A DNA stretch of 64,000 bases. Origin: Cystobasidiomycetes sp. EMM_F5 (Eukaryota). Made by a program: the position numbers and the translations under genes. The notes beneath the pieces are model-generated. The model did not search any database, had not been told where the DNA came from, and worked only from the letters and a program-made list of their open reading frames with translations. Below, piece after piece: positions 13,262 to 24,295 of the stretch. Numbering within the stretch: the stretch's first letter is position 1; each line of letters opens with the position of its first letter. The DNA lies in contig JBPGPT010000002.1 of NCBI GenBank assembly GCA_051047955.1, forward strand, positions 868,001 through 932,000, given 5' to 3'.

Positions 13262-14086
13262 TTAGAATACGCTGGCTTCCTTCTTGGTCTTCTTCTTGTT
13301 CTTTGCGGCACTGCAGATATGACCGTCTTAGATATGGAAGTTGGTATAGTTCAACGCAGCTAGACCTACTCCTTGGAGAGCTTCACAATCTGCTTCTTGA
13401 ATGCGAAGCAAGCATCCTTGGTGGACGAGTGCTTCTTGCATACGTACTCTCCGTTCTTGTTAGTGGCTGCCGGGAGCGCGATCAGCAGGTAGTCGTGTAC
13501 AAGACGGTTCAGGCAGTAAATCGAATTCACAGAATGCAACTTCGATGGGCTCTCTGCCCTCTACATGGTCTATGCCGGCCACAAAGTCGTTATCTTCGAC
13601 AGTGTCGATACCGCAGTCGTTACACCTGTCATGTTGCACGTCATTTAGTTCTTGCGCAAGTGACGAGGTTTGGGACTTACAGCTCTCGGCCGTGAGAAGC
13701 GCTGTGGTCAGCATCCAACATCAGCATGATGGAGAATGAGTATGCATACCGAAGCTCACCAGAACTCGTAGTCTGCGATTGTTACTGATGCGGCTGCAGT
13801 TGCAATGCCCCAGAACAGCACCCCGGACAGGTCCAACGCGGATGGTGATCGAGATTCCCGGGGCGAGTGCGGGGGTGGGCGGAGGGCAGGAACAGCGATA
13901 AGGCGACGACGACGGGGCGAGCAATGAGAACATGGACAGCAGACAGGTTGGATCAGTCATTCGATGTACACTCGCGTAAAGCTGTCAGTTGACTCCCAGC
14001 TCAGCCTGTGACTCACAAGAAGAGTCCGTTCCGCTCGAGACGGATTTAGAGAGATCAGGCATCTGCGGGTTGGGGATGGAGGACAT
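13262..14086 (-). CDS. Small conserved-type fungal hypothetical protein with Cys/His motifs (putative Zn-binding), 6 exons
   Basis: Manual GT-AG splicing gives MSSIPNPQMPDLSKSVSSGTDSS-SASVTIADYEFCASHGRELCNDCGIDTVEDNDFVAGIDHVEGREPIEVAFSTNKNGEYVCKKHSSTKDACFAFKKQIVKLSKDAAKNKKKTKKEASVF*. Confidence 0.75.
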
Positions 14087-14345
14087 GGCGAGTGTAGTGA
14101 CTGAACGATGCGTTGTTGGTGTTCCGCGATTGCAATGAGTCTATTGAACAATCCGCAGATGTTCGTTGGACAGAGAAGAACTCGGCTCGCTCTGGCGCTT
14201 GCATTCCCGAAAGCCTGGTCAGCCGACCCCGTGTGGCAACAGAGCTGCCCAGGGCCCGCTTGGGCTATGTGATTACTCGTCAAGACTCTCATTGCTAATG
14301 CAGTAATGCTGTAGACTACACTACCGACACGGCGAGATTACACTG

Positions 14346-16458
14346 CTACTCGAATAGATCCTTCAGAAGCCTGAATATCATGCTGGACGGATGGGCACCG
14401 CTGAAATGTCGTGTGTCAGTCAACGAGATGCCAGTACCACAGAGCAGGTCGACTCACATGTTTGTGATAAACAAGCTGACGAGATCCTGCGGGACCTTGT
14501 CCCAGTATGGCGCCAGTACTTCCAACTCGGAACCCTCCAGGAAAGCCTCACCGAGCGTATCCATGCTATCGACGCCCGTTCCATCTGCACTAAGCCTCAG
14601 TACCTCGGCTGGAGATCCATTATCGCATTCATCCAGAGCAGCCGAAGTCGCTGCATCAAAGCCAAACTCGTTTGACACTTTAAACATGCCAGTGCATACA
14701 ATGACTGGCACAAGGTGGGCTTTGGCAGCTCTGCATATCGGTAGACTCCCAGAGATTGCGACAAGACTGCCGTCTGCTCGTACAGCATGTGTGCCGAGGA
14801 TGACTTTGCTGACCCGAGACATGAGGGCAAAGATGGCGCTGTCTGGCACGAGCAGCGTTGGTATCCCTGCGGCCGACAAGGCCAGCGCGAATTGTCGGCC
14901 GAGAAAAGTTGGCGCAGTCTCAGCTACCACGACTGTAATCTTTCGCTTGCGTGCAGCTGCTTTCAAGAAGGCCTCGACAGTCTCGGAATGACCAAGAGTC
15001 AAAATGATTTCTCTGTGAACGAAGACTTTCATCGTCAGGGGATGAAAAATTGGGTAGTGAGCCAACTCACGCCGAATGAATATGATCCGTAGCTTGTTGG
15101 GCGATATGCTCTCGAGCGGTGGCCAACTCATCGAGTAGTTCGGAAATGGCGTCCACAAAGACCGGCTTGTTGGTTGCCCACTTTTTCGAAAAGTCGCTTT
15201 CTGCATCCTGCACGGCAGACAAGACAGTTTTCGGAAACAGCAAGGAACTCTGGCGGTGTAGTAGGCCAGGGAAAGCATGAGCTGCTGCTGCGCTGAGCTC
15301 AATTTGTGATGATGACTGAGACGGTACTTGCTGTCTTGAAGCTGGTGAGGAAGGCGATGATGACTGAGTAGCCCGAGAAGCCTGTTGTAGATTCGTCACA
15401 GACTTGTTTAGGGGGCCTGCACAAGATATATCTCGTGAGGCCGACACTACGGCAGCCGGCCCAGGTGAATGTACGCGAGTAGGTGAGTGCGTAGTGGCTG
15501 GCGAGTGCGTACCGCTACCAGACGGGGTAGCTGCCGTTGCTCCTGCCGTCCATCCAGCTGTCCGTGACGCGTTTGCAGAACCTCCGCTACTCAACGACGA
15601 AGACATGACTGATGCGTGGATGTCCCTGTGACCCAGCAATTCAAAGATGGAAGAAATGCCGATAGCCTGCACATTGCTGGATGAAGCAGGGTTTGAAGAT
15701 GATGCGTTCGATTGATCGAGTCCTGCACTGTCGACTGACATGTCTCTCACTCTGCGTGATACTTCTTGCAGGTCGTCTGTAGAGTCCGATGTAGCATTTC
15801 GTGCAGACTGTGAGCTCGTCCAAGGGTATCCGGAGTCCTGTCGAGCCAACGTCTGATGGTGATGGGTAAATGAAGCGCTTGTTTCCATGGGAATGGCAGG
15901 GAATGGGGTATACGGCGTTTCGAGCGGTTGAGTCTTGAGCGCCGCTACTACAGCCGCCATGGCGTTGGACGTCCCAGACGGCGTTCTAGACCTCGCCCGT
16001 TGTTCATTTATCGAGGGAGTGTCGAGATTGCTCGAAGGGGGACTGATGGCCGCTGCATACTGCGCGACCAAAGAGTCGATATGCGCAGACAGAGCTGTAT
16101 TGTACTCCTCTCTCAGGAATTTGAGCACGCGAAGAACCATATTTTGAATGACTGGTTCTTTGCGACCAGCAGATTGTAACCGTTTGCCGACGTCCTGAAC
16201 GAGATCCAAGAGGGCTTCGAATGTCGGGACGTTGGCTGTAGCGACAACGTCTGCGAGCAGGGTGACTACGCCCATCCCGACATTGTAGGATCCGACGAGC
16301 TGCCTGTTTTTTTTGGAGTGCATGAAATTTGGGTGCAGGAGCAATTCGGGTTAGCTATTGTCGTCAAGACTGCCTAGCGGTACTGTGACTACTCTTACGC
16401 ACCTCCTCTTCAGCTTGACCACCACGCTCTCTATCCGTCGGTCAATCCTGCTGTCCAT
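14346..16458 (-). CDS. GCD7: Translation initiation factor eIF2B beta subunit
   Basis: KLKRRQLVGSY, VGKRLQSAGRKEPVIQNMVLRVL, ATDHIHS, ILTLGHSETVEAFLK, VAETAP, DSAIFALMSRVSKVILG, LFITN and GAHPS. Confidence 0.92.
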
Positions 16459-17045
16459 GGCTGGCGGCATGGATATGACTGGTGTTTCGAGTATATGCAG
16501 AGTCGCTTAAGAGTCTCTTTAGATTAGATATGCAGCTTCCAGACAATAACAGAGTCAAGCAGTGCAGCCAAGCAGCAGTCTGGCATAAGTACAATGCAAC
16601 AGTGGGCGGCGAGTCAAAATACATAGATACCGAGTGGCTTTTACATATAAACGCGCCTCGTCTGATGAAGATGAAATATCGCGGCGGCTTGGTATAAGCT
16701 TACTTGCTCTACAACGTCCCCCAATGCTTTACATTGCTTTGAACACCCGTGTGTTCCCACTGCAATCGTCGCTGGCACTGAGACTGGCGGCATTGACGTT
16801 TGTACATTTGCATCAAAGCTGCTCCGAGTGCTGAGGTCGCCAGCTGAGACTGTTCCGGACGAGCATATGCAGCATTGAACCAGGCTTGATTGCCGTCACA
16901 AGGCCACAAGCCAAAGAGCTTCGACCAGCTTCAACAGACATTCCGTAATGCAAATGATCGAGAAAGTCGCTGACGCAAGTCGCAGTAAAGAGTACATCCT
17001 GTCCTTGTACTCAGAACTACTTTGCAGACTTAATATTACGCAGCC

Positions 17046-17468
17046 ATGTCTGACAACACCCAGGAGCAGCAGTTCAAGATCCAGCCTCACCCGGCAAAGG
17101 ACAATGGTGCGCCCGTCTCGGGTGGCAGGTGTCGACTGTCGCATAATCTGATGCACAAGCTACGCAGACCCATCTTCCCTGGTGGAGAACACGCCGGGAC
17201 TCATGGGAGACCGCGCAAACCCGACAGCTGCCCAGCCAGGCCCTCACATCCTGAGCGAGCAGACGGCGTCCAGGTAAGCGAGATGGCGTAGACCACATCC
17301 TCTAAAGCTCGGGATGGGTCCTAATTAAAGCTACATACTCAGTCTCGAAGAGCCACTTAGCAGGGATGAGCTGAGGAAGCGCGCAGAGGTGTGTACTGAC
17401 AATGAGGTCATGTGGCAGCGGTGTAGGCTGACGACGACGCACACCTTCAGGAGCTCAACAAGGACTAG
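17046..17468 (+). CDS. Small (~76 aa) hydrophilic hypothetical protein, 4 exons
   Basis: Spliced product MSDNTQEQQFKIQPHPAKDNDPSSLVENTPGLMGDRANPTAAQPGPHILSEQTASSLEEPLSRDELRKRAEELNKD*, with canonical introns in consistent phase. Confidence 0.75.
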
Positions 17469-17567
17469 ACAACCTCACGTTCGATGCCCGTCTATATTAA
17501 TCTGATGCCATGTAGCAGTCTTGCCCGAGTTTACTTACAACGACACGAACCCCAACACCACACAATG

Positions 17568-19528
17568 TCACAATAGCGGCGTGAAAGTGATTGTCAATAA
17601 CGCTAGGGAGATTGTCGTCTGCACAATCACTGTAACCGCTCTTGCATGCTTTGCTAATGCTCTTGTATACCTGTGCTGAGCTATGACCATCAACCCCATC
17701 TCCAGAAGGTTATGTAGGCGACTTTTCCTCGCAAGACGCAGTCTTCGCATGGAGAGCGGTGACTCATGCTCTGTAAGTGATGTCAGGGGCAACGCATTAC
17801 CAAAGAGTGCCTTCGGGAGTGACAGGAACAGTGCAAGAGCTTCCGATCCATCCAGATGCGGCAGAGGCAGGATATTCAGTATTGCTAGGCTGAATGATGT
17901 AGACATGAGGTAGCTGAGAATGAACCATCCGCAAATTAGTCGGTTGCAATTTTGCAAAGGCAATCGTCACACCTCACCTGCCGAAAGCTGTAATATGGTA
18001 AAGGAAAGAGGCAGGCATGAATGGCGGAGCAAGCCATACTCCCACAAACACATCACGATGAATGAGATTCTTGTCGCCTTTGTAGAATACGACTGTCGAG
18101 TCTGCGTCCGACCCTCCTCCCTCTGTCGCCAAAGTCCTGAATGTTAGGCGTAAGAGACTGTCTGCAGCCGATACCTTCATGCACAGCTCGTCCTCCTCGC
18201 TTTGACATGCGTCCAGGCATCGAGTACTTCCGAGCATCTGGGATGGCTCTAGACAGGCACGATAGACCCCGTCAGACTCGCTGTTGCCACCAGGTTCTGA
18301 CTGGAAGCACGTCTCCGTTGTCGAGTTGAACGGGGAGGCAACGAGCATATCGCAACATTTTGTGTGGGAATGCATGACGTTCTGTGTCGTTATGCACCAT
18401 CCCAATTGGTCTTCAGAACCGCTTTGCGAGACCGACTTGAGGTACCTATCCCAGTGATGATAGGTCGCTGAATCGTGGAGTTCCATATCATCCAGATGCG
18501 TGATGATATCGCCTGGAGTCAGCAGATGCCGAAGCGGAGAAGACTGCAGGTTTAGCGAATCAGGGACACTCAGCTTCCATGCTAGTGTAGGCGGGATTTA
18601 GGGTAGAATGACTGACATTATCGACGATCTGAACTGCCACGCCAACTTCATTTACATTCGTAAAGCCACCAACATGAAGCAAGAGAGTTCCAATTGTGCT
18701 GCCAATGACGGAAGCATACACCATCTGGCTGACCAACCAAAAGGCAGCATTGTTGAGCACGCCTGCGAGCACAACACGCAGATGGTCTGTAGGTGAATAA
18801 TTGTGGTCGTCCAGACAGGGTGTATCTATAGAAACGTAGGCGCCTGGAAATGCAAGAATGAACACGAAACCGATGGATCTGATGGTCATGCTACATCTGT
18901 AGAAGAAGGAGTGAGCATGCAAAAGTAAAGTCAGGGTATTGAGCTTGACTAAGCAAATGCTGCTCCTACATTGCAGAAACAAGACTCACGCTCTGGCTGC
19001 GAGAGCATGACCGGCTTCATGCCAAACGACGGCTAGGAATCCTGCCAGAAGCATAGCAGGCACGTCGCGAAGAGGAGTCGTCACTCCAGGTATGAGGATA
19101 GGGAGCGAGGTGCCATGGTCGACAAGTGGAGATACGGCATTGCTCGTCGTCGAAAGCAAGAGGTGACCGGCACGAAGCAGCAGCCAGCAGGGCGTAAGCA
19201 CCAGCAGCAGTGAACAAGCAATAATCCCAAAGTCCAAGTACTGCGACAGAGCTGTATTGTAAGACTGGGGGCGCTTTATCGGCGTTGCACCTGCCGATGT
19301 CCGGACAGTCGCAGTATCATCGCAATGCCAGTCGAGCCACAGCCAGGCCACGCCGACATGGCCAGTCAGCCTGGAAACCTGTCGGCGTCCTGGTATCAAG
19401 TTATTGTTGTTGTTGTTGTTGTTGTTGTTCCGGAATTTGGTTGCGACCCAGCTGGCGACGTTTAGCGAAATCCAGAAGCCAGCAACGGCAACGATGATGG
19501 TCCAGCTTGCGTAACCATCACTGGGCAT
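17568..19528 (-). CDS. Site-2 protease (peptidase M50, MBTPS2-like)
   Basis: HEAGH zinc motif, LIPGVT, AFPGAYV, AGVLNN, a Cys-rich insert and NILPLPHLDG. The start is approximate. Confidence 0.88.
19401..19429 (-). repeat. (AAC)n microsatellite encoding poly-Asn in the S2P gene
   Basis: ttattgttgttgttgttgttgttgttgtt; translates as NNNNNNNNN after the first hydrophobic segment. Confidence 0.9.
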
Positions 19529-19834
19529 ATATGTTGGCAGAGAAACAGCTGTCCGCCTTTCTGCCAGTCGGCTACGAATAACAACAAAGCCGGTGTTCAA
19601 AGACATGCACGCACTTTGACGAATTTCAAACAACGAAAATCTGCATTTTTCACACAATCCAGCGTGCACAAGGCTGCGAAAAACTTCTGCAATCATCATA
19701 TTTGCGGTCTGCGAATGCTGACCGGGCTGCCACTGGGTTCATTGCTGAACCCACCTACCCTGCCGTCACCCAAAGACTGACAGCTTACGGGCAATACTGT
19801 AGCGGCAACCTCTTCCCGGCCTGAAAAGGCCATA

Positions 19835-21490
19835 ATGGCGAGGCAGAACGGGACAGCGAATGGATTCGAGGATGGGTACGGCCACAGAGGGAACGGGTGG
19901 ACGGCCGTGCAGGCAGTCATGGGAAACCGCAAGATCCTCAAACGGATCGCATGGATCCTGTACGGGGATACCCTGCTCAGCGGTAGAGAAGCGCGCCAGG
20001 CCTACTTTCGAAGACTGTCCCTCGTCTCAAGAGCGTGGAACGAGACCGCCGTAGCCTTGCTCTACTCGAATCCCTTCTTTGGCACTGCCACCCGCGCCGA
20101 CCAGTTCCAGGAGAGTATACGAGTAAACCCACATTTCGGAAAGCTCGTCACCAAATTGATATTTGGCGAAGGGTCCGATACCGACATCCAGGATTGGCAC
20201 TCGTTATATACCGTCCCCACCATCCTCGAGCTATGTCCGAACGTTGTTATTGTCGGCTTTGATGGTCTTCACAACGTCCATCTCGACACCTTCAAGGCAG
20301 CGCTGATTAGCAGAACCCATCTCGAGGAGATCCGGGCTTGCGGTGAGCAGCAACTCATCTCGCTACAAGTGCGGAAACTTGAGCGCTAAACCCGACTGAC
20401 TGCCCTGTATTTCATTGTCGGTCGATGTCTTAGACCTCATGCCAGATCGTGAGCATGCTCACTTTCCCGGTACCATCCGCAATTGTTGACGTTATCAGAT
20501 TGTGCTCAGCTTGGACGACAATGTCATTCTTCTTCGATGAGATCGTCTTGGCTTGTCCGAAGGTTACCCGCCTGAGGCTGTATGCAATGTTATCCGGGGA
20601 GCATGCATCAAAAGCAGCTGCCCAAATTGGTCGCCTGGATACGATCCCAAAGCCGCTAAATCGACCTTTCACTCACCTCAGTCTAAACAGCTGTCTGGTC
20701 GATTATCACAATTTACGCAACATTCTCGGCGGGTCTCATCAGTCCATGCAACGACTGTACCTCGAATATCCAACGGTACGTCACTCGAATGCAGAGGGAG
20801 TGCTCAGCTGTGCCTTCCGTCGTACCGATCTGACGTTTAGACCGCCATGTTTCAGCATATGACAGACAATGACTTGCTAAGCATCGTCAGAGATGTCGCT
20901 GGCGGCTTGCAGGAATTCGTCGTAGAAGGTTTCCTCGACAACGTCGCCGTTCAACATACTCGCAAAATCATGGCCAACGAGATTTTGAGAATGTGCCGCA
21001 ACCTGCGAGTTTTGGATTTCCGGGAGGCGGTCGCCGATATTGGCGTTTTCGACTACTTTTATGGGTCAAAATTACGGTTATGGACGTTTGAATGCAACAA
21101 TACGATCAAGTCAGTAGTGATTCTTATGTCTTGTTTGGCGAAGGTTGTTTCGACTCGGTCAGCTGAGAAGAGCTTCTTTGCCTTATCCCTCAGGCCCGCG
21201 CACTGGATCAGTGCGTTTAAGCATCCCCACTTTCCCAAGGGTGGCAGATGCAGAGTTTTGACGCCTGGCGAGTCTTGTCGTTACGGATATGGCAGCCTCA
21301 GCTTATCCATGTTTCTGACGTCCCCAGGCTGGTCTGCTACGGATGTTCGCAGTGTGCGGATAGCCGCCTGGGCGATAGGGCTGACCTGGCACGTCAGCGG
21401 AGGTAAGGGGTGTGTTATTCTGAGATGGCAAGTCTCTGATAATTTCCGGCTCTGTCTATAGAAACGCTGCGGGAATTTGAAGATTATTGA
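19835..21490 (+). CDS. F-box-like/RNI-LRR-like protein, paralogue 1
   Basis: LSLVSRAWNETAVALLY (end of a fungal F-box-like motif), leucine-rich repeats (LELCPNV, ACPKVTRLRL, MQRLYL, MCRNLRVLDF) and colinearity with the next gene. Confidence 0.75.
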
Positions 21491-22077
21491 TAGTCACGTT
21501 TTCACAGTCGGGCGACGGTAAGGACGTCCGCAGAAACTTGGTCGAGCAATTGGTATGTATTGTTGTCGTATTAGCACATCTTGCATTGTACGACTGAACA
21601 GCGGCGTGTGGGCTGACATGTAGCCCCAAAGACCGTCAGCATTTCCGTCGACCAAGTCGACGCCCATCCAGGAAGCATCTTCGCACCGCATCACAGCCGT
21701 AGCAGGAAATCAATCTACCGATGCCCGACCTGATGAGCACTCCGTCCATATGATTTGTCGAACAGCTGTCGTTGGTATGCCGATCGAGTGTTTTGGCGAT
21801 CCCGGCCTGCAGATCATTTTCAAATGGGGGTCCTGGGAGGAGCATGCCCTGGCCGTTCCGGAATATTGAAGCGACGTGCGCTGAACTGTCCAAGCCTTAC
21901 GTGCGTATAGCTCACGACTCTCTCTGGAAAGTCTTCTAGCTACGACTGGTCTCCAAGCGCGGTCAACCGAGTTGTACGAATGTTCTAGGTCCCGGAACAG
22001 AGGACTCGCATATTATCAGCAAGACTCGTTTCGCCCATGTTTGCGGAGACGGTACGCTCACCTTCAAGTTCTTACGG

Positions 22078-23907
22078 ATGGGCGACAATGCGAGGGCAGG
22101 TGAGTGATTTAACGGCCGGTGAGAACGTGGTAAAGATGCTCAGGCTGAGGCTTCTCTTCGCCAATACAACATTTGCGCACTCTTCATTCACAACGCCATT
22201 TACATAATGCTTCTACACTTCATCCAATCCGCTCGCTAATTGCGCCGTGCTCGCGCGTCGCTCCGCTCTTCTATATTTCCGGGACTACTACTTGCAACGA
22301 TGTATCGGGTATCTAGTATCTCGCCCGGTGGACCGGATACTCAAACAACCTACAATCCTTCTCCGTATATTGTCCTTTGTTCGGGCTGTCATTCGAGATG
22401 ACGCTCATCAGGTCGTTGCGTACCTGTTCAAAATCAGTACAGTCTGCAAGCTTTGGAGTCGAGCTGTGCAACAACTGCTGTACTCCAGTATCCACATCTC
22501 GTCTATGCGTCAAGCAACATTGCTTCGAGACACACTCGTTAGGCACTCCTATAATGCGAAACTCGTCAAGCGCCTTATTATCGGGGAAGGCAGTTCGACG
22601 GATGTGCAAGATTGGCAAACGCCAGAGGATGCCCCAAACATCCTAGCAGCATGTGAATACGTAGAGCACGTTGAGCTGGGACACCTTGGCAACATCGCCA
22701 CGGACTTTCTCTTTCATAATCTTGTCAATAGCACGCATTTGGTCTCTCTCAGCGTCTCAGGTAGGCAGCTGGTTGCATGGCCGTATCAGCTATCGTCACT
22801 GATTGTCTCTGATCAGACCGAATGCCAATCCGTACGTTGTGGGCACTCATTCGTGGATGCGCGTAAGTACAGATCTGACACTAAATAATGTCTTAGCATG
22901 GTCATCTCCAGCATATTTTGCAGATAACGTCTTGGCAAAATGTCCGAAACTGCGTTATCTGAGGGTCTATGGACTAAAGGCTGCTGATGCCGCAGATAGT
23001 ATCGATGTTTACGGGGATTCCCATATGCTGATGTACGGGGATGAGCCGAGCCAGCAGAACGGCGTCGGTCTGACGTCCGTCAGCTTATTTTACTGCAATA
23101 TGGACAAAAATGATTTGCTGTACATTCTCCACCGCAGCGGAGCCACCCTCCGTCGCCTTTCCCTGGAAGGACCAGAAGGGATCGACCATCTGGAATTACG
23201 AGACATATTGACACACGTTGGAGCGAATCTTGCTGTCTTGAACGTGGAAGGCTTCGAGCGCAAAGTTTCGCCTGACATCCGCTCAATTGCGTTACAGGAA
23301 TTGCGTCTCGGGTTCGAGCAAGCTTATCGCGCTTCAACCGTGTCGAGAAGCGTGTATAATGCTGCGGAACATCCCGAAGACATTATCAAACTTGGACATT
23401 CGGATGTCGTTACCCTACCTATTGATGGCATACTATCAGCATGTCCTAAATTGGAGATCCTCAACTTTCGCGATGCTATAGCAAGTCCGGAAGTAATGAC
23501 TCTAATTGCAGCCTCGAAGTTGAGAAAATGGAGATTTACCTGTAGTGCTACGTGAGTCGACTACGGAACCTGCGACTGCGCGAGGCCAGCAGGCTTGAGT
23601 TTCGAAACGGCGGCTGAGCCTGCAACCTTACCTTCCGGTACGCAATCCTCGCTTGCGTGGCTAGACCTAGTCACTGGATATCGCTGTTTCAATCACCATT
23701 TCAACGCGCTGCTTATTGCTGGATCACGAGTGTGGGGTGGACAGATGCCGAAGTCCGGCGGGTTCGGATAGAGGCTTGGCAAGCTGGTGTCAGCTGGTTG
23801 GGCGAAGCCGGTGAGACTCAATTGTGACTGAACGACGCTACTACAGCTAACCGTGAACTCCTTTAGGCGACCAGTATATGAGCGGGAGTGACGGAAGTTC
23901 GGAATAG
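22078..23907 (+). CDS. F-box-like/RNI-LRR-like protein, paralogue 2
   Basis: ISTVCKLWSRAVQQLLY, LVKRLIIGEGSSTDVQDW, KCPKLRYLRV, TLRRLSL and ACPKLEILNF. It shares a 15-nt microexon with paralogue 1. Confidence 0.75.
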
Positions 23908-24295
23908 TAGTATGTTAGGCGGTGGCAATCAGTACAAAGCAGTTGTATATGGTGCTGGCATAGCTTCGTCAATAGTATGTATACGCCTATTTCGAAAAGA
24001 ACACATGCAAGCATTGGCATCTTTGCGCGATCTAGGGTTGTGATGTATTGACAATAGTGAGGGTGTCCGAGCGACATATGATACAGCGCGCAACCGACTC
24101 TAATTGTCCCACATATCCCGCTCGCGCGAATTGCTACAGATGGAAGTGTTTATACCAAATGACTGGATTTCCCCATAAGTTCGAACAAGGGCCATAAAGC
24201 AGCCGAGAATGACGAGATCGTCATTGCTCACAACTACCGATCCCACATTGCTTCAGACAGTATTGCCTGGGCAGCGCCTGGGCAATACGCATAAT

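Noticed and set aside
13794..14016. TPP riboswitch or snoRNA in the long intron
   Set aside because: No TPP aptamer consensus and no convincing C/D or H/ACA box pair is visible.
23589..23623. GCAGGCT...AGCCTGC hairpin in an intron of F-box paralogue 2
   Set aside because: Only 7 bp, with no evidence of function.
24260..24289. GTATTGCC...GGCAATAC hairpin just past the C2H2 gene stop codon
   Set aside because: Short stem with mismatches on the mRNA strand. Intrinsic terminators do not apply to Pol II genes, so this is probably chance.
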